From an uncultured Hormoscilla sp. (lineage in GTDB: Bacteria > Cyanobacteriota > Cyanobacteriia > Cyanobacteriales > Desertifilaceae), in assembly GCA_963921275.4 (NCBI GenBank), contig OZ001293.3, positions 4,896,001-4,960,000 of the forward strand: a stretch of 64,000 nucleotides of DNA. Reading direction: 5' to 3'. Under the pieces are notes generated by a model, which was not told the origin of the DNA, searched no databases, and worked only from the letters and a program-made list of their open reading frames with translations. Positions 23,303-36,400 of this stretch are shown here, in pieces (position 1 is the first letter of the stretch; every line of letters begins with the position of its first letter). The translations under genes were made by a program, and so were the position numbers.

Positions 23303-24628
23303 TTAATGGGAAAGTTCCTGGCGCAGGCGATAGAGAATAGTGTTAGAGTCTACCCGATCGAGAATGGATTGAATCACAGTATTAGCACCATGAGGTCCCC
23401 AGGTGCAACCTTGTTCTAGATAAACTTGGGCGGCGGTTCCCACTTTGTAAGCACCATATCCAGCTAAACAAGCTTGGGCGATCGCGGCCCCGCCAAAAGC
23501 GGTAATTCCGGTAGCACCAGTAACAGCAGCGGTAGTTTTGCCCAACCCAAAGAGCAAACTACTGCCCAATTCACCCAGCATTAAGCCCCCAGAACTAAAT
23601 ACAATGGTCTTCCACAGCTTACTAGCAGTATAGTTGGTCATGGGTAAACCATATAATTTTCCCAACTCCCGAATCAAAGCTAAATCAGTTACCGCCCCTC
23701 CTATAACATCTAAGAGGGCGATGGGGTTTACGGCCACAGCTATGGCCTTATAGCGAGCAAACTTCCAAATTAAATCTTCTGCTTGAGAACTGCGATATTG
23801 CACAGTTTTGCGAGCAATGCTAGTCTCCGCTTCCCGGGCCTGGACCAGGGCATTCAGGGCCAGCAGCGATCGCCCTTCGCGGTTGAGCAGATCGACAATT
23901 TTCTGCCGCAACTCATCCACCTGGGATGGGGGGGTTTCCCATTCATAACTAACAGTACCATCAGGCAACTCCACCCGCACCTGTCTAGACATTGGTGCCG
24001 CTGCCACCCGGACAATTTCATTGCGAGTCAGCAGGTTGCCACCAGTGCCTCCGAGTTGTTGTAACTTCTGATAAATTGCCTCCAAGTCCTGTTCTGGATA
24101 GAGGTCAATCTTATTAAACACCAAAATTAGCGGTTTTTGAGCCTGCTGGAGGTCCAAAAGTGCATCATACTCAGTGCGGGTAATATCCCCAGCGACCACA
24201 AATAAAATCAAGTCTGACTGCTGCGCCACCTGCTGCGCCATATCTGATCGGACTTGACCTGCAATTTCATCTAATCCCGGCGTGTCAATTAACTCCACCT
24301 GCACCCTCCCTCCCCCACCATCCGTCCACCGGACCAAACGGGGCCATTGAGTCACTCCATGAATGGGACCAGTTTGCAGGATTTTTTCCCCCAATAAAGC
24401 ATTTAAAACCGCTGACTTGCCGCGACTGACTAGACCAAAAACAGCGATTCTAATTATAGTATTATCCAGTTTATCTAACACGGACTTCAACAGATCCAGT
24501 TCCGGTTGCACTGGCAGCGATCGCATGCGACCGTGTCCGTATTGAGACAGGGCTTGCCTGATACTAGCACGAGCCTGATTTAAGTGAATTTTTTGTGCTA
24601 ACCCATCACCTGATTTATTCTTTCCCAT
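23303..24628 (-). CDS. GTP-binding protein with DUF697 (YcjF-like) domain
   Basis: GLVSRGKS, DTPG, NKID GTPase motifs; hydrophobic C-terminal domain. Confidence 0.88.
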   Translation of the reverse strand: MGKNKSGDGLAQKIHLNQARASIRQALSQYGHGRMRSLPVQPELDLLKSVLDKLDNTIIRIAVFGLVSRGKSAVLNALLGEKILQTGPIHGVTQWPRLVRWTDGGGGRVQVELIDTPGLDEIAGQVRSDMAQQVAQQSDLILFVVAGDITRTEYDALLDLQQAQKPLILVFNKIDLYPEQDLEAIYQKLQQLGGTGGNLLTRNEIVRVAAAPMSRQVRVELPDGTVSYEWETPPSQVDELRQKIVDLLNREGRSLLALNALVQAREAETSIARKTVQYRSSQAEDLIWKFARYKAIAVAVNPIALLDVIGGAVTDLALIRELGKLYGLPMTNYTASKLWKTIVFSSGGLMLGELGSSLLFGLGKTTAAVTGATGITAFGGAAIAQACLAGYGAYKVGTAAQVYLEQGCTWGPHGANTVIQSILDRVDSNTILYRLRQELSH

Positions 24629-24843
24629 CTTTTATCCTCTTGCAGATATTCAAATTTTTATTATTATAAACAAATAATCATTATATTGTCAAGTTAATAT
24701 TGGCGATAATTCCGAAATAAATATATTCCTCAAGGTATCTACTTGGGCTTTTGCGGGTATTTAAGGTGTCATGCCCGCGTGCAGTTGTCGTTGGGAATAT
24801 AGTCAAGAAAATTCAAGCAGTCAAGGAAGATCGGAGAAGCAAA

Positions 24844-25210
24844 ATGGAAATAGATGAAGATCTCAAGGCGTTCCTAGTCGAAAGCAACGAAAATCTGAAT
24901 CAGCTAGAGAGTGATTTGATTGTTTTGGAGCAAAATCCAGCTGACGAAGAACTGCTCAACCGTATTTACCGCGCCCTTCACACCCTCAAAGGTAACTGCG
25001 GCTTCCTGGGTTTAGAAAAACTCCAATCAGTTGCCCATGCTGCTGAAAACATGCTCAGCAGCCCTGCGCGATCACCAGTTAACACTCAATCCGGAAATCG
25101 CCAACGCCCTGCTACAAGTAATAGACGCGGTGCGGCAAATTCTTACCACTCTGGAATCGACGGGTTCGGAAGGCGATCGGGACTACACGGGATTGGTAGA
25201 GAGATTGCAG
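24844..25210 (+). pseudogene. cheA: CheA N-terminal Hpt domain fragment, frameshifted and truncated
   Basis: FLVESNENL..IYRALHTLKGNCGFLG; frameshift near 25060; sequence then switches to transposase. Confidence 0.8.
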
Positions 25211-25960
25211 CAGAATTTATAGAAAAAAACAACGATGTTACTTTAGAAGAACTGTGCGAATTACTGAAAGAAAAAATGGGAGTGTTGATTAGTCGAGCTA
25301 CAATGGGAAGGATGATAAAAAAGCTAAATTTTACATGGAAGCAAAAAACTTTGCACCCTAATGAAAAAGAGAGCGACAGAGTGCTTTCTTTGAGAGTATA
25401 GTTCTGGGAAAAAATGCGCTCTATCCCAGTCAAGGACTTGGTTTTCATTGATGAGTCTGGAGTGAATTTAGGTTTTGTCCGATTTTTTGCTCGGACATTG
25501 TGCGGTCAAAGAGCTCGGGGAAATCGTCCTCATAAACGAGGTAAAAATGTCTCAATGGGGCTATTGCTAAAAAAGCAATTGTCGCATCTACTAAGATTTT
25601 AGGAGCAGCCGATGGTTTAGTTTTTGAAGCTTTTATTATCAATAAGCTAGTTCCTAAAATCTGGCCAGGTGCTCATGTAGTGCTAGATAATAGTAGCACT
25701 CATAAAGGAAAAGAGATTGAAAAAGCAATTGAAGAAGCCGGAGCATCATTAGTATTTTTACCTCCTTATTCTCCTGAATTTAATCCAATAGAAAAATTTT
25801 GGCTCTTCGTAAAATCAATTCTTCGTTCCCTCAAACCGAGAACTTATCTTGAGTTACAATCAGCTCTAAAAAAAGCTTTTGATCTCGTCTCGCTAAAAGA
25901 TATTGAGAACTGGTTTGTACATTGCTGTTATGGTACTACAGTAATTTGAGAAACGCTATA
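25210..25960 (+). mobile_element. IS630-family transposase pseudogene (5' end missing)
   Basis: DVTLEELCE, VFIDESG, LDNSSTHK, LPPYSPEFNPIE; stops and frameshifts; right end GAGAAACGCTATA with terminal TA. Confidence 0.88.
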
Positions 25961-26547
25961 ACTACAGTTAGAGCTCTCCTTTCTCTTGCTTTCCCTGCTA
26001 TGTCCTTGACTCTTTCTTCTAGACCGTGTAGGGCAATGTTTGCCAATAATGGCGATATTACTCCCCCTTGTGGGGTTCCCTCATCGGTCTTATGAAATTA
26101 TCCTCCATCAATCACGCCTGCTTTTAGCCATGCGCGGATCTGTCTCCGGAAGATTGGTGAGGTATTTAGTTTTTTGAGTAGCGCCTTGTGGTCAATCCTA
26201 TCAAAGGATTTTGCAATGTCTGCATCTAACACTCATTTGGGTTTCTGTTTGATGCTCAGGAATATTGCTTCTATTGCGTCATGGCTTCCTCTCGGGCGTC
26301 TGAATCCATATGAGTTGGGTTCCATATACGCTTCCCATTCTGGTTCTAACGCAAGTTTTACCAACCCTTGAAGTGCGCGGTCGTACATTATGGGGATTCC
26401 TAATGGACGTTTTTCGTCTCTCCCTGCTTTGGGTATCCACACGCGCCGTGCGGGCCTAGCCTTGTTTGAGATTTTTAGTTGTCCTACCAATTCTAGTCGT
26501 TGCTTGGTTGTGAGAGATTTGACACCGTCTATACCAGCAGTCTTTTT
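25961..26547 (-). pseudogene. Group II intron reverse transcriptase fragment (outer intron)
   Basis: KKTAGIDG, RPLGIP, EPNSYGFR, DADIAKSFDRIDH, GTPQGGVISPLLANIALHG with stops. Confidence 0.88.
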
Positions 26548-28765
26548 GTCGGGTAAGAGAGGACACGTCACCGTGCCTCCCTCCCCTAAGAACCGGACTT
26601 GACAGTTTCCCATCATCCGGCTCAAGCCTCCTAAACCTCAGAATGTTTACCTGTGTGTTCATGCCTGTGACAGGCAAGGTGTTGGTGGACAAGGTTTTCT
26701 GCCTTGTCTGTTCCACCGTCTTTCACCCTGATAATGTAATGGGTGTGCAGTTTTTCTCCGTTGAACAAGTGTTCGCCACATACTGGGCATTTCCAATTTT
26801 GCTTGAGGGCAACCTGATAGAGTTTTGAACCTTTTGCCCAGTATGATTTACAGTATTTTGTTTGGCGGTTTTGCCAATATTTGGCAAGTGACGGGTCGTC
26901 AGGAGATGCCGTGCCTTTGACTTTGACATGACGTACTATGGGAATGTGTGCCAGTTTGGGTAAAGTTATTATTGTGTCCTTACCCTGTCTGGATTTAACC
27001 GATTGAGCAAAATTCCACTTTGTCCCGTTGATTGTTCTGAAGTATCTCGATGCTACCCACTTTTTCCCCTTATTCGGATGTCTTCTTAGAGGGTGTCTGT
27101 AAATAAATCCTTAAGCAGCGAGACGATTCAACATTAGTGAAATCATGGCAATGTGAACAACCGATTCGCTGATTTCTGGCAAACGCTCGTAATCTTTGCT
27201 CAAGCGCCGTTGTCGTCCTAACCAAGCTAGAGTCCGTTCTACAACCCAAGGTCGAGGTTGAACTTCAAAACCTTTACCTTTGCTGGGGCCTTGAACTACC
27301 TCCAAGCTTATATTGCACCCTCTCACTACCTGCTGCAATCGTTGGCCTCGATAGCCCCGATCAGCCCAAACCTGTTGTAACGTGGGGATACTTAGACTTG
27401 ATTCGGCCAGCAACATCCGCCCCGCTGTCACATCGGCCACATTCGCCGCATGAACAATTACCACTAATACCAACCCAATGTATCGACAAGGATATGACGT
27501 TTGCCCCCGTTGACTTTCTGGCCCCCATCAAAGCCGCGATCGCTGCCGCCCACGTCAGTCGTTTTCACAGATTGACTATCTTAGATGGCCCCTGTGCGTT
27601 GGGCATTGCGCCCAGATTGTTGACGCACGCGGGTTCGCAAGGTCTCGTGAATCCCTTGCCAGACTCCGAGTTTCTGCCATTTTTGCCGTACACCGTCAGA
27701 GGCGGTGGGAAGTCATGGGGTAATAGTTGGCACAACCACTTTCAAAACAGGTTTCCCAAACGGGTTCCAGGGCATTCTTGACTATTGCCTGTGCTATTCT
27801 ATCTTTGAGCGTCGGAATACCTAATGGTCTTTGTTTTCCATTTGCTTTTGGTATGTAGACCCTTTTAGTTGGGCGAACTTTCCATAGGGTATTTGCCCGC
27901 ATTTCTCTAATTAGCTTCACTCTCTCTTTTGGGATTAGTGCCGTCTGACCATCTAGACTGGACGTTTGTTTCCCTTTATTCTCGAGGGTGACTCTTCGCA
28001 CAGATGATAGTAGGTTAGAGTAACTGCATAACATCAACTTCATCAGGCTTCTTACCTTATTCCATTGACCGTTCTGGGTTGCACAATATATTCTCTGTCT
28101 CAGGTTTCTAACAGGCTTCAACACGAGTTTTCAATCAATGGACCCCCAGTCTAAAGAGCGTTCCTTCATTCCGATGTCATTGCTGACCCTATCTTTCATG
28201 TCGGTTCGATTCCTTTACAAGTTTTCTATCGTTGGAGACCTGCTGAAGTCTGCCATCTTTCGATGTATGGCAAATCTTGAACCCCTATCCCTAGCATTAC
28301 CAAGGGCTTTCGCTTTTTCTAGCATCCTTTACCCTCTAGGTAGTTCCGTCTTCCTTAGGGTTGACCTACTCATATCATCGACCTGACCTGAGAACCTATA
28401 GGGTTTACCCTGTTCCGTACATTTAACCTTCAACCGATTCGGATTCCACTTATATTCCGGTGAGGATTTTGCTCTCTCGTTATTAGCCCAAGGTACTGCT
28501 AATAACCTACTCACTTGCCTTTTGGCTAGACTGTATCAGCCTTATTTCACTCTTCAGACATAACGGAATTTGCAGTGATTCACAAATGTTAACCCTTTTC
28601 GGTTTTCCCCTTGCCCTTTTACCGATTTCGGCTCTCAGTCGGAGGGCTTTCATGCCTTGCATTCCAGTAGTTTCATTACTTACTTCTACCCTGGAGTGTT
28701 GCCACTCCTTTTATGTGGGGACGGAAAGAGAGAGTTTTCCGAGACGGCTCCCCTGTTATTCAGCG
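26548..28765 (-). mobile_element. Degraded group II intron with RT/X/HNH remnants, split by IS5
   Basis: Domain V GAGCCGGATGATGGGAAACTGTCAAGTCCGGTTC at about 26590-26623 and 3' end CCCGAC at 26548; RRHPNKGKKW/HNH remnants at 26640-27085; RT N-terminus (KRVYIPKANGKQRPLGIPT) at 27730-28200; intron-like RNA to about 28765. The 5' end was not identified. Confidence 0.8.
27088..27725 (-). mobile_element. IS5-family transposase pseudogene
   Basis: [42 protein letters not shown]; end AGAGGGTGTCTGTAAA. Confidence 0.85.
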
Positions 28766-28792
28766 CTGATGCGTCCTTACTACCATTTAGCG

Positions 28793-29422
28793 CTAAAGCA
28801 GATCCTCGATCGCATCTTTAATCACGTCCAGCAAGCTGCTGCCTCCGATCGCCACAGCAATTAAAATAGAAGTGCTGAGAATGCCTGCCATTACACAAAG
28901 CACTAAACCGCCCATACTAATCGCTCCGTCATCTTCCATTAAACCAAATCCCGTGACGAAAATTCCTATTGCGGGTAAGCTACTTGTCCCCGGAATTGGT
29001 ATCATCATCAATACTGACATGAGGGCGATCCCCACCCCGAGAGTCACCCTCCCTGGCCAACTATTACAAATATAAGTCAGACGCGGACTAGAAATTGCTT
29101 CTATACGCCGCAACCAGGGAATACCTGCTTTGACCACCCCCCGCACCTTCTCTAATCGCATCGTACCCTTGAGCATCTTTTGGGGGAACCAGGGGCGTTT
29201 AGCACCCGCCATCAGCTGCATCGCCAAAAGAAACATTACTACTCCGAAAGGAACAGAATAACCAAAGGCAGGTACCGGCAAAGCTGGAGATAAAGAGAGG
29301 ATGACGAACAGAAAACCAAAAATCCTCTCTCCCGCTAGCTCAAGAAGAGCTGCTAAAGTTACCTTATCGGAACATTCTTCTTCAAAAAAATACCGTTGTA
29401 ATTCTACAGAAAGTCTAGCCAC
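28793..29422 (-). CDS. exoD: Exopolysaccharide biosynthesis protein ExoD family
   Basis: GERIFGFLFVILSL.PALPVP, MMIPIPGT..LPA, EDDG motifs. Confidence 0.85.
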   Translation of the reverse strand: MARLSVELQRYFFEEECSDKVTLAALLELAGERIFGFLFVILSLSPALPVPAFGYSVPFGVVMFLLAMQLMAGAKRPWFPQKMLKGTMRLEKVRGVVKAGIPWLRRIEAISSPRLTYICNSWPGRVTLGVGIALMSVLMMIPIPGTSSLPAIGIFVTGFGLMEDDGAISMGGLVLCVMAGILSTSILIAVAIGGSSLLDVIKDAIEDLL

Positions 29423-29501
29423 AGTGGGAATTCACCAATTATGATACTACACCGCCAGTTATAGCAGGGGGGGAACCCCCTGCGGGGTAACCATTGACAA
29501 A

Positions 29502-30791
<1,290 letters not shown>

Positions 30792-30928
30792 TTAAATAAC
30801 TATGTTGTTTAACTAACATACTATAGCTTACTTGCGGCTTGTTTGCCAAATTTTTTCTGGATATCTCGAGATTTCTGTTTAAACCGCCGGCGCTACACCC
30901 CTCCGACACCAGGCCCGGGCACCTATAG

Positions 30929-31064
30929 ATTCTGTTGGCGAATTACCAGATTAGCCGCGATAAGGAGCAGGGAGCAGGGAGCAGGGAGAAAAGAGGAAAT
31001 CATTGATTTGTGGTAGTTCTGGAATTCTGGGGGCGTCGTCCCCCAGTCTATTCGCCAACAGCAT
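30929..31064. mobile_element. 136-bp MITE with 15-bp TIRs and 9-bp target duplication
   Basis: Ends ATTCTGTTGGCGAAT / ATTCGCCAACAGCAT (1 mismatch); CACCTATAG on both sides (30920-30928 and 31065-31073). Confidence 0.85.
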
Positions 31065-31084
31065 CACCTATAGAAAGGGCTAGA

Positions 31085-31300
31085 GGAATGAACTTTTCTC
31101 GCCCAGGAATAATTTGTTCACTCCTGGGAATGAATATTATTTTCTAGGAGTGGCTCGTTCCCACCCAGGAATGATTCGTTTACTCCTGGGAATGATTCGT
31201 TCCCGCCCAGGAGTGGCTCTTGTCTGCCCAGGAGTGGCTCTTGTCTGCCCAGGAGTAAACGAGTTACTCCACGGAATAACTCGTTTACTCCACGGAATAA
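31085..31300. repeat. Degenerate 21-nt (3x7) periodic tandem repeat
   Basis: Units such as CCCAGGAGTGGCTCTTGTCTG and CACGGAATAACTCGTTTACTC. Confidence 0.8.
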
Positions 31301-31504
31301 TATTATTTTTGGCTTTAATGATGATACAGTTAGTCGGCAGGGATTGAAGCTCATAACCGAGTGGCAGATCCCCCTTGACAGGAGGCAGGACAATGGATTA
31401 ATCTAAGACAATACAGGGCTTTGACAGAGCGATCGCTTATTACGGGCGGCGATGATGGCGATCGGAGGAAGAAGCGGCAAAATGATAATGTATTGCTATT
31501 GCTT

Positions 31505-31843
31505 ATGGTACTAACTATTGTAGCTGAACAGGCACCTCTAAAAGTTACTGCCGATCGGGTCGTTCGGGTAGGAAAAACTCGCGTAACACTTGACACCGTA
31601 GTTGCTGTCTTCAAACAAAGGGCAACCGCAGAAGAAATAGTTTATCGCTATCCGTCCCTGCTTCTGGCTGATGTTTACGCTACTATTGCCTTCTATCTCA
31701 ACTATCAGCCAGAAGTGGAAGCCTATTTACAGCAACGGCAGCAGCAATCCCAAGAAGTTCGTAGAATGAACGAGGCGAAGTTTGACCCCCAAGGGTTGCG
31801 CGATCGATTACTGGCTCGCAAAGTAGAAGGGGAAGCATGTTGA
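31505..31843 (+). CDS. DUF433 family antitoxin
   Basis: RVGKTRVTLDTVV..TAEEIVYRYPSL.LADVYATIAFYL. Confidence 0.88.
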   Translation: MVLTIVAEQAPLKVTADRVVRVGKTRVTLDTVVAVFKQRATAEEIVYRYPSLLLADVYATIAFYLNYQPEVEAYLQQRQQQSQEVRRMNEAKFDPQGLRDRLLARKVEGEAC

Positions 31844-31950
31844 AACTGCTTGCTAATGAAAACTTTGATAACACCATTGTTAGAGGACTGCTGCGTCGTA
31901 GACCGAGTATTGATATTGTTAGAGTTCAGGATGTCGGTTTATTGGGTGAA
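31837..31950 (+). pseudogene. DUF5615 PIN-like toxin, truncated after about 38 codons
   Basis: MLKLLANENFDNTIVRGLLRRRPSIDIVRVQDVGL, then unrelated sequence. Confidence 0.75.
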
Positions 31951-32014
31951 TATAGCCCCACGGCGGGCCAGGAGGCTAATCGACAATGGTGCAAGATCTC
32001 AGTTTTAACCTATT

Positions 32015-32832
32015 TTATTCTTCCAGGACTCCCTGCAAGAATGGTGCCAGTTCTTTATTTAATTGACCGGCCCGCACGAATTCGGCGTAGGTGTCTGCTT
32101 CTATGGCTAGTAGTTCCTCCCGTAACTGTTCGATCGCATACTCCCGCGCTTCGGGATGTTCCTCGCGCAGTTTGCGAATATCTGCTTGCAGGCTATCGTT
32201 TGTCCTTGCACTAAGGCTGCTCGATCGCGATAATATTCTGGCTCAATTTCTGGCCGTTTGTCAACCTGTTGCAGGCGTTCCATCACGCGGTTGAGGGCTA
32301 CCCGACGGGAGACAGCTTCTAGATATTGCCGCCGCAGGGGTTCGTCTCCTAACAAGTTTAACTTTTCTAGCAAGGGTTTCGTAGTCAATCCTTGCACTAA
32401 GAGGGTAAACAGCACTACTCCAAACACCGTGGCGATGATTTCATCTCGCCCTTCTAATGCTATGGGCACGCTTAATGCTAGGGCGATGGACACCGAACCT
32501 CGCAACCCTCCCCACCAGATTACTGTTTGCGATCGCCAGTCTATATCTGACTTAGCAATGCCGTTACTGAAGGCCCCTAAACCATAGATGGCGATCGCCC
32601 TAGTTAGGATGACTGCGATGATGGCGATCGCAATTTCATCGAGATTTTCTGCCAAGCTATCGAAATCAATTTGGTCGCCGATCGGCAAGAAGACGATCAA
32701 ATTGACAAAGAAGGCGATAAATTCCCAAAACTCGCTAACAACTATTCTGGTGCGGGGGTTCATGCCAATGCGAGAACCAAAGTTCCCCAATATCAAGCCC
32801 ACAGTGACAGTACCTATTACCCCAGAACCGCT
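32015..32832 (-). pseudogene. CPA1 Na+/H+ antiporter C-terminal fragment, frameshifted
   Basis: GGSGVIG, EFWEFIAFFVN, WWGGLRGSVSIALAL, TLLVQGLT; N-terminal half absent; frameshift near 32200. Confidence 0.85.
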
Positions 32833-32833
32833 G

Positions 32834-33160
32834 TTAATCTATGCTTGCGACTGTAAACATCCAGCCTTTGAGCGGAAGTATCACTAGCATCAAAGCATTG
32901 CGGTCCATCAAGGAGCGCAGGCTATCGTAAAAATCATTATTGAATTCGTTGGCTCTCTCAAAGAGTTCTTCGATCTTATCCAGACAGAGGATGGGTAGTA
33001 CCCCTCGATCTTTCCACTCGTTCATTGCGTCGGCGAAGGTTTGCCTGGATAAAGCCCCCCCCGTTCAGGGGTATTCTCAAGTCTGAGTTGCCCTGCACGG
33101 AAGGTCGAGCGAGCAGCTTCCGGGCGACAGCAAGATAAAGGGGTGTGGTCAAAAGTAGTT
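32834..33160 (-). pseudogene. Fragment of an AAA-like ATPase domain
   Basis: Walker-B-like PILCLDKIEELF..FYDSLRSL; broken frames. Confidence 0.45.
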
Positions 33161-33420
33161 GATAGCTAGGTGCATCGCCCGATACATGTATAGCCCGCGC
33201 AGGAAGCTGCGCTCGCAACGACATTGCTTTGTTCATATAGCTGGGCCCTGAGTTCCCACGGCAGAGCCGCCGTCTTCCCCATGCTCTTGTCCTGAAGGAC
33301 GAGCCATAGGACAGACACCGGCCCTTCACTGGCCCGGCTACTGTCTCCTACCAACGGGCGCAAGACCACACCCCAATAGCAGTCAAAGGCCCCCCAGGGA
33401 AAACAACAGCCTTACCGTAA

Positions 33421-36400
33421 CTAAACAAAATCAGAAGCACCAATAAGACTAGAATCAACCCCCGACAAAATCCCCAACAGTTCCCCAGAAGCACTGACCT
33501 TAATAGAAGTCGAACCGTTCTGAGAATCAATTCCTAAATCAGCAAAACTCAAACCTCCTTCTAACCGGATAAAGTCCGTACCATCTGAAAAGTCCTGGAT
33601 GGTATCCCCGCCCATGCCCCGGGCCAAGACAAAAGTATCACTACCGGAATTGCCGTAAAGCATGTCGTGCCCCTTACCCCCATTGAGAATATCCTCTCCC
33701 TCGTCGCCATAGAGAATATCGTTATCGCTGCCCCCTAAAAGGCTATCGTTGCCCCCGTATCCGCGAATCCAGTCGTTTCCGTTACCCCCATTGAGGGAAT
33801 CGTTTCCTGTTCCCCCTTGAAGGTAGTCATTGCTCCCCAGGGTAATGCTGCCTAGCAGCGCTTGGTTATTTCCAGAACGCTGAACCAGAACATCATTGTT
33901 TTGCCCACTGCCGGAGTAATCGGCAATATACAGTTGCCCGCTTTGACTGAAAAACTGAAGCGCAGAAGGGAGCAGAGATTCGGTAAAATTGCGCCCATCA
34001 TTTGAGGACAATACCTTCAGGACGCGGGACAGATCCCCTTGGGCCGATTTTTTTTGAACCAGAATCTCATCTCGGCCATCACCATCCAAATCTTCTATAT
34101 ACAACTTGATCAAGTCGCCCTTGAGCTCGAAACTATCAGGAAGGGTGGTGCGGGTAAAGTTGCCGTTACCTTGGGATAAGAGGACTTCAGCAGTCCTTAC
34201 GGCATCGTCCTTGGACCAACTGCCCTTTTCTTGACGGAGGATATCGCTTTTCCCGTCTCCATTAAAGTCACCGACATACAAATTGGTAAAGTTGCCATTG
34301 AGAGCGAAACTATCAGGAAGGGTGGTGCGGGTAAAGTTGCCGTTACCTTGGGATAAGAGGACGTCAGCAGTCCTTACGGCATCGTCCTTGGACCAACTGC
34401 CCTTTTCTTGACGGAGGATATCGCTTTTCCTGTCTCCATTAAAGTCACCGACATACAAATTGGTAAAGTTGCCATTGAGAGCGAAACTATCAGGAAGGGT
34501 GGTGCGGGTAAAGTTGCCGTTACCTTGGGATAAGAGGACTTCAGCAGTCCTTACGGCATCGTCCTTGGACCAACTGCCCTTTTCTTGACGGAGGATATCG
34601 CTTTTCCCGTCTCCATTAAAGTCACCGACATACAAATTGGTAAAGTTGCCATTGAGAGCGAAACTATCAGGAAGGGTGGTGCGGGTAAAGTTGCCGTTAC
34701 CTTGGGATAAGAGGACTTCAGCAGTCCTTACGGCATCGTCCTTGGACCAACTGCCCTTTTCTTGACGGAGGATATCGCTTTTCCCGTCTCCATTAAAGTC
34801 ACCGACATACAAATTGGTAAAGTTGCCATTGAGATAGAAATAAGATGGAAGGGTGGTGCGGGTAAAGTTGCCGTTACCTTGGAATAAGAGGACTTCAGCA
34901 GTCCTTACGGCATCGTCCTTGGACCAACTGCCCTTTTCTTGACGGAGGATATCATCATGATTGTCCCCATTAAAGTCACCGATGTACAAATTGGTATAGT
35001 CGCGATTGAGGGCGAAACTCCCAGAAAGGGTGAAGCTAGTGGGACGCGATACTGTAATATTAAATTCATCCTCTCCCCGGTACCACGCCCTATCCGTTGC
35101 TGTTACCGTCACGGTAAAACTGCCCTCAGTAGTAGGAGTGCCGCTGATCACCCCAGTAGTGGAGTTAATGGTTAAACCGTTTGGCAAACCATTAGCGCGG
35201 TAGCTACTAATGTTGTTGTTGAGGTCGCCGAAGTTCCCGCTGACATTGAAGTTGAATTTCTCACTACTGAAGGCATTGACGTCGGGAATTTGAATTTCCA
35301 CATAGGGAGGGTTTTCCAATTCTTTGTCTGCTGACAAAGCGTTGATACTGTTGGGGATCGTACCGCGAAAGTCGTTGTTGTACAGCCAGAGGGATCCCAA
35401 ATTGCTGAGGGAGCCTAACTCCGAGGGGAGGGTACCGCTCAGGGAGTTGCTCTGCAGGTAGAGGCGTCGCAAATTGCTGAGGGAGCCTAACTCCGAGGGG
35501 AGGGTACCGCTCAGGGAGTTTCTCTGCAGGAAGAGGGATCGCAAATTGCTGAGGGAGCCTAACTCCGAGGGGATCGTACCGCTCAGGGAGTAGTTTTCGT
35601 CCAGGTAGAGGCGTTGCAAATTGCTGAGGGAGCCTAACTCCGAGGGGATCGTACCGCTCAGGGAGTTTCTGTCCAGGGAGAGCTCTTGCAAATTGCTGAG
35701 GGAGCCTAACTCCGAGGGGATCGTACCGCTCAGGGAGTTTCTGTTCAGGGAGAGCTCTTGCAAATTGCTGAGGGAGCCTAACTCCGAGGGGATCGTACCG
35801 CTCAGGGAGTTGTTGTTCAGGGAGAGTTCCGTCACCCGATCGCCCACTACCGTCACCCCATGCCAGCTATTAACACTAGCAGAGGGAGGAGTTGGGCTGC
35901 TGACATCCCAGCCTCTCCTGTTCCTCCAATTCTCCCCAGAAGTACTGTTATAGAGAGCCTGAAGGGCGGCGTAATCACTTGCATTGAGAGGAATCGATAC
36001 CGTAATATTAAATTCATCTTCTCCCCGGCCTCCCGCCCTATCCGTTGCTGTTACCGTCACGGTAAAACTGCCCTCAGTAGTAGGAGTGCCGCTGATCACC
36101 CCAGTAGTGGAGTTAATGGTTAAACCGTTTGGCAAACCATTAGCGCCGTAGCTACTAATGTTGTTGTTGAGGTCGCCGAAGTTCCCGCTGACATTGAACT
36201 TGAAGTTCTCACTACTGGAGGCATTGACGTCGGGAATTTGAATTTCCACATAGGGAGGGTTTTCCAATAGTTTGTATGCTGACAAAGCGTTGATACTGTT
36301 GGGGATCGTACCGCGAAAGTCGTTTTTGTACAGCCAGAGCTCTTGCAAATTTCTGAGGGAGCCTAACTCCGAGGGGAGGGTACCGCTCAGGGAGTTGTTG

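Noticed and set aside
24751..25401. 216-aa Hpt-HTH fusion protein
   Set aside because: Chance read-through from frameshifted cheA into IS630 sequence.
25961..28200. DGR or retron reverse transcriptase serving the LRR genes
   Set aside because: The RT fragments are group II intron type, linked to domain V/VI, and broken; no template repeat is seen.
32976..33369. Small ORFs duplicated at 37271-37607
   Set aside because: They run through the non-coding end of the repeated unit into unrelated gene fragments and show no recognisable motif.
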